DNA from: Kayfunavirus PDP351P3
Strand: one strand, 5' to 3'
Sequence record: OZ035732.1
Length of the DNA stretch: 39,050 bases
The notes beneath the pieces are model-generated. The model was not told the DNA's origin. It saw nothing but the letters and a program-made list of their open reading frames with translations, and ran no database searches. Within the stretch, counting starts at the first letter, position 1. Every line of letters begins with the position of its first letter. This document shows positions 1-5,981 of the stretch, in pieces. The translations under genes and the position numbers were made by a program.

Positions 1-29
1 TACAAAACGATTAAAGGAGGTGGTAAAAC

Positions 30-293
30 ATGACGCAGATGGACTTAGAGAAGTTCCTCTTGATGCTGGATACTGAACGTGCTCGCCTCATGCTGCAAGA
101 CCTGCGGGATGACTCTAAGCGTTCACCTCAGCTCTACAACGCCATTGAGAAGCTGCTTGCTCGTCACAACTTCGTGCTAAGCAAGGTGTCTGTGGACGAG
201 AAGACGCTGGCTGATATGGAGGCCCTGAACGCAGAGTACGATAAGGTGCTTTCAGCGACTGAGGATAATGACACCGGGTATGGTGTTCAATAA
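30..293 (+). CDS. small terminase subunit / DNA maturation protein A (T7 gp18-like)
   Basis: 87-aa ORF with AAAGGAGG RBS upstream; aligns over full length with T7 gp18 as recalled (LEMLDT...RSPQLYNAI.KLL.RH); synteny upstream of 18.5 and 19. Confidence 0.85.
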   Translation: MTQMDLEKFLLMLDTERARLMLQDLRDDSKRSPQLYNAIEKLLARHNFVLSKVSVDEKTLADMEALNAEYDKVLSATEDNDTGYGVQ

Positions 294-296
294 GTG

Positions 297-337
297 TTAG
301 ACTCAAGGTCATCTACAGGTGGCCTTTATGATTAACA
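297..337 (+). promoter_or_regulatory. conserved structured RNA element copy 1 (putative RNase III processing site, R18.5-like)
   Basis: Motif AGACTCAAGGTCAT-[small hairpin CTAC/GTGG]-GGCCTTTATGATTA, one of three copies, each about 20 nt upstream of an RBS; lower stem AAGG/CCTT. Confidence 0.45.
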
Positions 338-350
338 CTAAGGAGGTTAC

Positions 351-752
351 ATGAAAGATTCATACATAAGTGGCGGTTACTGGAAGGTTACTCGTAATGG
401 TAAGGTTCATGGAGTTCATAGATTACTATGGGAGGAAGCCTACGGTCCTATCCCAGATGGTTACGTCATAGACCACATTGATAGGAATCCTATGAATAAC
501 GAACTGTCAAACCTTAGGTGCATACCTAAAGGCGCAAACAAGGCTAACACTGTATCCTCTAGGGAACTACCTAAAGGCGTATACTCTAGGTTTGCTAAAC
601 GTCAAGGTATTACTGTGTACTATGGTGACATTAGGATGGGAGGTAAGAAAGAAACGCACGCTCCTACTAAGAATCTGATGGAAGTCGTGGAATGGGCTAA
701 GTCAACTCATAGTAGAATGCTTAAGGAGACATATGGTATTTCAAATGTTTAA
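351..752 (+). CDS. free-standing HNH homing endonuclease
   Basis: 133-aa ORF with AAGGAGG RBS; motif H-R-LLWEE-YGPIP-GYVIDHID-N-NN-SNLR shared with the two other HNH ORFs in the window; AT-richer codon usage (AGG, ATA, CTA) than neighbours; inserted between genes 18 and 18.5. Confidence 0.85.
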   Translation: MKDSYISGGYWKVTRNGKVHGVHRLLWEEAYGPIPDGYVIDHIDRNPMNNELSNLRCIPKGANKANTVSSRELPKGVYSRFAKRQGITVYYGDIRMGGKKETHAPTKNLMEVVEWAKSTHSRMLKETYGISNV

Positions 753-1179
753 GAGAGCGGCTCCGTGGTTACTTGCAGCAGTGATGTTTGCTGGTGGCTA
801 CCACACCGCTAACAATAAGTGGGAGGCTAAGGTCAATGCAGAATACACCTCGAATCTTAAGGCATCGGAAGATACAAGGCTTGCTGTCCAAGCTGAAGTC
901 AACAAAGTGTCCAAACGGTTTCAGGACGAAATGTCCTCGCTGGAAGGCAGCACTGATAGGATTATTGCTGACCTTCAGTCTGACAATAAGCGGCTGCGCA
1001 TCCGAGTCAAACCTACGAGTGGAACCACGCAAAGTGACGGTCGATGCGTCATTGATGGTTACGCCGAACTTGACGAACGAGATGCTAAACGTCTTATCGC
1101 CATCGGAGTGAAAGGAGACAAATGGATTAAGGCACTTCAGGACACTGTGAGAGCCTTACAGCAAGATAAGGAGGTGTAA
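733..1179 (+). CDS. i-spanin (Rz-like, T7 gp18.5-like)
   Basis: 148-aa ORF with N-terminal TM segment ([13 protein letters not shown]); aligns with recalled T7 gp18.5 ([20 protein letters not shown]...DERDAKR); start could instead be ATG 745. Confidence 0.8.
   Translation: MVFQMFKRAAPWLLAAVMFAGGYHTANNKWEAKVNAEYTSNLKASEDTRLAVQAEVNKVSKRFQDEMSSLEGSTDRIIADLQSDNKRLRIRVKPTSGTTQSDGRCVIDGYAELDERDAKRLIAIGVKGDKWIKALQDTVRALQQDKEV
836..1111 (+). CDS. o-spanin (Rz1-like, T7 gp18.7-like) embedded in +1 frame of the i-spanin gene
   Basis: Alternate-frame ORF inside 18.5; GGAGG RBS 9 nt before ATG 836; lipobox LTISGC followed by ASES..., matching recalled T7 gp18.7 (PRWKGALIGL...ISGCASES...MLNV). Confidence 0.7.
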   Translation: MQNTPRILRHRKIQGLLSKLKSTKCPNGFRTKCPRWKAALIGLLLTFSLTISGCASESNLRVEPRKVTVDASLMVTPNLTNEMLNVLSPSE

Positions 1180-1181
1180 CC

Positions 1182-2945
1182 TTGAGTAAAGACTTAGTGG
1201 CCCGTCAGGCGCTAATGACTGCACGTATGAAGGCAGACTTCGTGTTCTTCCTGTTCGTCCTGTGGAAAGCTCTGTCACTCCCCGTCCCGACTCGCTGTCA
1301 GATTGATATGGCGAAGAAACTATCGGCTGGGGACAACAGGCGCTTCATCCTACAGGCGTTCCGTGGTATCGGGAAGTCCTTCATTACGTGTGCCTTCGTT
1401 GTCTGGAAGTTATGGAACAACCCAGACTTGAAGTTCATGATTGTGTCGGCCTCAAAGGAACGAGCCGATGCTAACTCCATCTTCATCAAGCGAATCATCG
1501 ACCTCATGCCTCAGCTTCAGGAACTCAAACCTAAGCAGGGACAGCGAGATGCGGTTATCAGCTTCGACGTTGGACCAGCCAAGCCAGACCACTCACCTTC
1601 GGTTAAGTCCGTTGGTATCACTGGTCAGTTGACTGGTAGTCGTGCTGACATCCTGATTGCCGATGACGTGGAGGTTCCGAACAACTCAGCGACTCAGGCC
1701 GCACGAGACCGTCTGTCAGAGCTTGTGAAAGAGTTCGACGCTATCCTGAAGCCGGGAGGTACAATCATCTATCTGGGTACTCCTCAGAACGAGATGACCT
1801 TGTATCGTGAGCTGGAAGGCCGTGGGTACACCACTACTATCTGGCCTGCTCGTTACCCACGTGATAAGAAGGACTGGCAGTCTTACGGCGACCGTCTGGC
1901 ACCGATGCTTCAGGCAGAGCTGGAAGAGGACCCTGAGTCCTTCTACTGGCGTCCGACTGATGAAGTACGCTTCGATGATACGGACCTGAAGGAACGCGAG
2001 TTGTCATATGGTAAAGCTGGCTTCGCTCTACAGTTCATGCTTAACCCGAACCTGAGTGATGCAGAGAAGTACCCTCTGAAGCTCCGTGACCTTATCGTAG
2101 CAGACTTGGACCCAGCATCCAGCCCAATGGTCTACCAATGGTTGCCGAACCCTCAGAACAAGCGTGAGGACGTTCCTAACGTTGGACTCATGGGTGACTC
2201 ATACCACACGTATCAGACTGTAGGTTCTGCCTTCAGTTCGTACACCCAGAAGATTCTGGTCATTGACCCTAGTGGTCGTGGTAAGGATGAAACTGGCTAT
2301 GCGGTACTATACCAGCTCAACGGCTACATCTTCGCTATGGAAGTTGGTGGTATGCGTGGTGGCTATGAAGACTCTACTCTGGAAGCGCTGGCTAAGATTG
2401 GTCGTAAGTGGAAGGTCAACGAATACGTCATTGAGGGTAACTTCGGTGATGGCATGTACCTTGAGCTATTCAAGCCTGTAGCGGCCCGTATTCATCCTGC
2501 TGCTGTAACTGAAGTGAAGAGTAAGGGTCAGAAGGAACTCCGCATATGTGACGTTCTGGAGCCTATCATGGGGTCTCACCGACTTATCGTTAACGCTGCT
2601 GCTATCGTCCAAGATTACCAGTCGGCCTCTGATAAGGATGGTGTTCGTAACCCTATCTACTCTCTCTTCTACCAGATGACACGTATCTCTCGTGAACGTG
2701 GAGCCTTGGCACACGATGACCGACTTGATGCTCTGGCTATCGGTGTACAGTTCTTCGTTGAGTCTATGGCTAAGGATGCCAACAAAGGCGAACGTGAAGT
2801 CACTGAGGAGTGGCTGGAGGAACAGATGGAGAACCCACGGAAAGGCTTCGAGTCCATCCACACTGAGTTCTGGGACAATGGGGTCCGGGTAACTCACGAT
2901 ACGGACGACGAGCTGGGGCTAGGGTCCTACATTACGTTCCACTAG
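1182..2945 (+). CDS. large terminase subunit / DNA maturation protein B (T7 gp19-like)
   Basis: 587-aa ORF, TTG start with AAGGAGG RBS; near-colinear match to recalled T7 gp19 ([72 protein letters not shown]). Confidence 0.95.
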   Translation: MSKDLVARQALMTARMKADFVFFLFVLWKALSLPVPTRCQIDMAKKLSAGDNRRFILQAFRGIGKSFITCAFVVWKLWNNPDLKFMIVSASKERADANSIFIKRIIDLMPQLQELKPKQGQRDAVISFDVGPAKPDHSPSVKSVGITGQLTGSRADILIADDVEVPNNSATQAARDRLSELVKEFDAILKPGGTIIYLGTPQNEMTLYRELEGRGYTTTIWPARYPRDKKDWQSYGDRLAPMLQAELEEDPESFYWRPTDEVRFDDTDLKERELSYGKAGFALQFMLNPNLSDAEKYPLKLRDLIVADLDPASSPMVYQWLPNPQNKREDVPNVGLMGDSYHTYQTVGSAFSSYTQKILVIDPSGRGKDETGYAVLYQLNGYIFAMEVGGMRGGYEDSTLEALAKIGRKWKVNEYVIEGNFGDGMYLELFKPVAARIHPAAVTEVKSKGQKELRICDVLEPIMGSHRLIVNAAAIVQDYQSASDKDGVRNPIYSLFYQMTRISRERGALAHDDRLDALAIGVQFFVESMAKDANKGEREVTEEWLEEQMENPRKGFESIHTEFWDNGVRVTHDTDDELGLGSYITFH

Positions 2946-3039
2946 CTTAATGAATAACTATGGGTGAAAGCTGCATGAATACGCAGTTAGTAACCTATAG
3001 TTACTACCAGTCTAACCTACTGTTTTACAAGGAGTTTGG

Positions 3040-3062
3040 ACTTAACTATCACTATAGGGAAG
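3040..3062 (+). promoter_or_regulatory. phage RNAP promoter (phiOR-like, downstream of gene 19)
   Basis: ACTTAACTATCACTATA-GGGAAG; matches the 11-member promoter family of this genome; predicted +1 G at 3057. Confidence 0.7.
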
Positions 3063-3241
3063 ACCCCCGGTTACTTATAGTATTACTGTAGTGAATATAC
3101 ATATGCAGACTTTATGCAAGACCTTAGGAGGCAGACTCCGAGTTCTTACCTAAGGCTTGCACCGATGGAAGGAGGGTGATATTAATCATAATCCCTCCAA
3201 TACAGATAGTAAAGACCATAGATACAGGAGGTATGTAGCAT

Positions 3242-3400
3242 ATGGCAAAGACCAAAGCTGTACTTAAAGCTCTGGCGACCAATCGAGCTACATACAGGTT
3301 TCTTACTGCTGTTCTACTTGCTGCTGGCGTTACTGCTGGAAGTCAGTGGGTCGGGTGGGTCGAGACTCTCGTATGTTCTCTGGTCTCTCAGTGTAATTAA
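3242..3400 (+). CDS. small hydrophobic protein (gene 19.5 position)
   Basis: 52-aa ORF with AGGAGG RBS, predicted TM segment (FLTAVLLAAGVTAG); position corresponds to T7 gene 19.5; no sequence match asserted. Confidence 0.4.
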   Translation: MAKTKAVLKALATNRATYRFLTAVLLAAGVTAGSQWVGWVETLVCSLVSQCN

Positions 3401-3561
3401 CGCAATCATGGTAACGATTCATGAGCGGAAGACCTAAGGTCAGTACGTGGATAAAGACTCACTCTACTGACCTTAGCTACTGTAGTCAAGGACTTTAGGT
3501 AACACCTTAAGAGAAGCTCACTTAGGGTCATCCTACTTATTGGTCTATCCTAGTGTCGCCT

Positions 3562-3602
3562 GACCTACGGTCCTTGACCTACAGTGGCTGTGGCCTACAG
3601 TA
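3562..3602 (+). repeat. short-repeat array (ACCTACRGT x3), candidate SRR-like repeats left of the terminal repeat
   Basis: GACCTACGGT, GACCTACAGT and GCCTACAGT within 40 bp. Confidence 0.5.
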
Positions 3603-3638
3603 GTGACGATGAGTTTGGACCAAAAGTTTGAGACCACA

Positions 3639-3840
3639 TCTCACAGTTCAAGAACCTCAAGTCTCCCCATAGGCCCTCTTTCAGTCCAGACCAAAGGCCC
3701 TACCCCAGTCTATCATAAGGTTGGACCGATGGTCAAGACGTTAGGTCGACGATAGGTCTAGGCTATGGCTTAGGGAAGGACGATAGGTTGGGACTATGGG
3801 TCTTCTTTGAGTCTCTATCTGTATCAGACCTTGAGTCACT
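3639..3840 (+). repeat. probable direct terminal repeat (single collapsed copy) containing the physical genome ends
   Basis: Begins with TCTCACAGT, the sequence that starts the T7 genome as I recall it; internal similarity to the T7 terminal repeat (TCCCCCATAGG, TCTCTATCTGT); flanked on both sides by ACCTACAGT arrays; boundaries approximate. Confidence 0.45.
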
Positions 3841-3925
3841 ACCTACAGTCTAACTACCTACAGTCTAACTACCTACAGTCATCGACCATCGGTACTGCCG
3901 CTACCTACAGTCAGAGACCTACAGT
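3836..3925 (+). repeat. short tandem repeat array (CTAACTACCTACAGT x3 plus 2 extra CCTACAGT), SRL-like
   Basis: Three tandem 15-bp units followed by two more CCTACAGT copies, directly right of the putative terminal repeat. Confidence 0.6.
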
Positions 3926-4036
3926 TAATAGACACAAAGGCTATAGACTTAAGGTCTAAGACATGTTAGTCAAAGACTATATCCTCTTACACCATGAGGC
4001 CGACGATAGCTTAATCAATATTATTTAAATTACCTA

Positions 4037-4065
4037 TTGACTATGGGTCTCGACTATGGCTTAAT
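4037..4065 (+). promoter_or_regulatory. candidate host sigma70 early promoter (A1-like)
   Basis: TTGACT-N17-CTTAAT; downstream sequence (CGTCAACACGACACGGCA) resembles the T7 A1 region as recalled. Confidence 0.4.
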
Positions 4066-4177
4066 AGCTTCCGTCAACACGACACGGCAACAACCGGATA
4101 GTGAAGACGCCGGGTCATCCCGGTTAAGTAGACAGCCTGCTAAGTCATACGAACAACAGGCAGATGACAGAAAGTAG

Positions 4178-4207
4178 TTGACAAGTAGTACAGACTTAAA
4201 GTAGTAT
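4178..4207 (+). promoter_or_regulatory. candidate host sigma70 early promoter (A3-like)
   Basis: TTGACA-N18-TAGTAT followed by GTACCACAT...CACTGAAA...CTCTTTAACAATCTGG, closely resembling the T7 A3 promoter and downstream leader as recalled. Confidence 0.5.
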
Positions 4208-4406
4208 GTACCACATCGAAACAACGGTGACGACCGACACTGAAACGGTCTACCTGAAGTCCTCTGACTGAAGGGAATGCTCTTTAACAATCTGGATAAA
4301 CTCTTAATGTGCGCCGATAGCGACTAACTACAGGGTCTTTGAGTCTACATCTGAAGGCCCTGACTGATAGTCACTAACACATACTTAACTTTGAGAGGAT
4401 ATAACT

Positions 4407-4916
4407 ATGGAACGTAACGCTAACGCATACTATGAGCTGCTGGCTGCAACTGTTGAAGCATTTAACGAGCGCATTCAGTACGACGAAATAGCTGAAGGCG
4501 ATGACTACTGCGATGCGCTGCATGAAGTCGTAGACGATATGGTTCCGCACTATTACCACGAGATTTTCACGGTGATGGCTGCCGATGGTATTGACCATGA
4601 GTTCGAAGACTCTGGGCTGATGCCTGAGACCAAGGACGTAACGTGTATACTACAAGCTCGCATCTATGAGGCACTGTATAATGATGTGTCTAATAGCTCG
4701 GATGTGGTATGGTTCGAGCCTGAAGAGGGCGACGAAAAGGCTGAATATTGGGTAGTTGATGCTAGAACAGGCGAGATAATTGAGCAAGCTGTATCACTTT
4801 ACGAGGCTATTGCATGTGCAAAAGACCTCTATGAGGCAGGTTTTCACATGCAGGTCGAAGACATCAATGATAACGTAGTGTTCGACCCTGCGTCTGCTGA
4901 GGAGGACTGCGAGTGA
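4407..4916 (+). CDS. ocr: Ocr-like DNA-mimic anti-restriction protein (gene 0.3) with about 55-aa C-terminal extension
   Basis: 169-aa highly acidic ORF; residues 1-105 align with recalled T7 Ocr ([43 protein letters not shown] vs [43 protein letters not shown]); first gene after the early promoters. Confidence 0.85.
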   Translation: MERNANAYYELLAATVEAFNERIQYDEIAEGDDYCDALHEVVDDMVPHYYHEIFTVMAADGIDHEFEDSGLMPETKDVTCILQARIYEALYNDVSNSSDVVWFEPEEGDEKAEYWVVDARTGEIIEQAVSLYEAIACAKDLYEAGFHMQVEDINDNVVFDPASAEEDCE

Positions 4917-5071
4917 TAGTAACTTATGGTATCTGCCAGTATCACGTCAACATCGCCCGTATTATGGTCAAGACCGGGCAGTTAACGCACGATGCGGCTA
5001 TACGTCACCTGAAAGCGGTCTATAATGGCCGCAAGCGTATACACGACAGCTTACACGCTGAGGACAAGTAA
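4913..5071 (+). CDS. hypothetical early protein (52 aa, GTG start)
   Basis: GAGGAGG RBS 7 nt upstream of GTG; overlaps ocr stop; below the 60-aa ORF-track cutoff; no homolog recognised. Confidence 0.35.
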   Translation: MIVTYGICQYHVNIARIMVKTGQLTHDAAIRHLKAVYNGRKRIHDSLHAEDK

Positions 5072-5072
5072 C

Positions 5073-5198
5073 ATGTACCAGATAACTTATAGCAGTGAAC
5101 AGGCGTTCTACGATGGGTGCTACGAGATGATGAAGCGCGGGGCTTGCTACGTGGCTAATCACCATAGCCTGACCATAACGCTGACAGGTGGCTACTAA
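5073..5198 (+). CDS. hypothetical early protein (41 aa)
   Basis: ATG with GAGGA RBS 7 nt upstream; MYQITYSSEQAFYDGCYEMMKRGACYVANHH...; no homolog recognised. Confidence 0.35.
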   Translation: MYQITYSSEQAFYDGCYEMMKRGACYVANHHSLTITLTGGY

Positions 5199-5274
5199 CT
5201 GCGAGTGATAGACGAGAGGTCATCGACTGATAGGTGGCCTCAAAGATTACCACTTGCATTAAGAGGAGTTAACT

Positions 5275-5364
5275 ATGAGTGTGGGACATTGGGTCTGCCT
5301 AGCGCCAGTTATCTGGATGATAGGCTATGGGATATACGACTGTATTAAACGGAAGTCACTATGA
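5275..5364 (+). CDS. hypothetical small membrane peptide (29 aa)
   Basis: AGAGGAG RBS; hydrophobic (WVCLAPVIWMIGYGIY); stop overlaps next start (ATGA). Confidence 0.25.
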   Translation: MSVGHWVCLAPVIWMIGYGIYDCIKRKSL

Positions 5365-5561
5365 TAGCTGCATTATTGATAGCCATAGGCTATGGACTTA
5401 TCGCCTACGTGCTGGTGAGAGACATCAACAAGGCACGTAAAGTCTACAAATTCAACTATGTGCGTCTGGGTCGCTGGACTGTACGTCAACCTAACGGACG
5501 ATTCATGCGCAACTTAGCGAACGTCTGGGATATAGCAACACTTGGGAGCAAACTACAATGA
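5361..5561 (+). CDS. hypothetical early protein with N-terminal TM segment (66 aa)
   Basis: ORF-track ORF; N-terminal hydrophobic helix MIAALLIAIGYGLIAYVLV followed by basic region; weak RBS. Confidence 0.5.
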   Translation: MIAALLIAIGYGLIAYVLVRDINKARKVYKFNYVRLGRWTVRQPNGRFMRNLANVWDIATLGSKLQ

Positions 5562-5884
5562 ACAAGTCATACGGGATTAATCTGGTACACTCTATGGACG
5601 CAGACATGCAAATGTTAAGCCTACTGGCTACCGGGTATCGTCACGGAACGTCAAGTCACTCCGCACGTCAACAGCAGGAGAGGGACCAGGTACTGCAAGC
5701 AAGACTCCGGGCTGAGGGCCATAAGTCCGAACTGATGTGTCTGGCGTATGGGGGACAACCAATCACCGAAGATGGTAAACTTCTGGTCTCAGGCTGGAGG
5801 GCGATAGACCAACGGTCAACCATCAAGCACACGACTCACGGTGACTTCAGCCATCTTCACGCTAACCCGCTGATATGCAAGTAA
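5558..5884 (+). CDS. hypothetical early protein (108 aa) at the position of T7 gene 0.7
   Basis: ORF-track ORF, translationally coupled (ATGA overlap); no kinase motifs visible; no homolog recognised. Confidence 0.55.
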   Translation: MNKSYGINLVHSMDADMQMLSLLATGYRHGTSSHSARQQQERDQVLQARLRAEGHKSELMCLAYGGQPITEDGKLLVSGWRAIDQRSTIKHTTHGDFSHLHANPLICK

Positions 5885-5889
5885 TTCTG

Positions 5890-5912
5890 ACTTAACTATC
5901 ACTATAGGACTC
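5890..5912 (+). promoter_or_regulatory. phage RNAP promoter immediately upstream of the RNA polymerase gene
   Basis: ACTTAACTATCACTATA-GGACTC; predicted +1 G at 5907; followed by repeat-rich leader (AAGTGAAAGAC x2, GACTTTAAGT x2). Confidence 0.7.
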
Positions 5913-5981
5913 AAGGTCTAAGACTCCAAGTGAAAGACCAAAGAGACTTTAAGTGAAAGACTAATAACAAGGACTTTAAGT

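Noticed and set aside
115-312. Minus-strand ORFs throughout the window (e.g. 115-312, 769-1032, 2466-2897, 6182-6535, 19064-19621 at 185 aa, 23508-23909, 24874-25389 at 171 aa, 38319-38849 at 176 aa)
   Set aside because: Each lies antisense to a strongly supported + strand gene with T7 homology. T7-like genomes are transcribed entirely left to right, and I see no RBS or promoter context. Treated as chance ORFs.
3836-3925. Possible CRISPR array (tandem CTAACTACCTACAGT units)
   Set aside because: Units are 15 bp with no unique spacers between them and there are no cas genes. The position and sequence fit the short repeats that flank T7-type terminal repeats.
3935-3960. Phage-type promoter candidate around GGCTATAGACTTAAGG
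   Set aside because: Only the TATAG core matches; the -17 to -5 recognition region does not resemble the family consensus.
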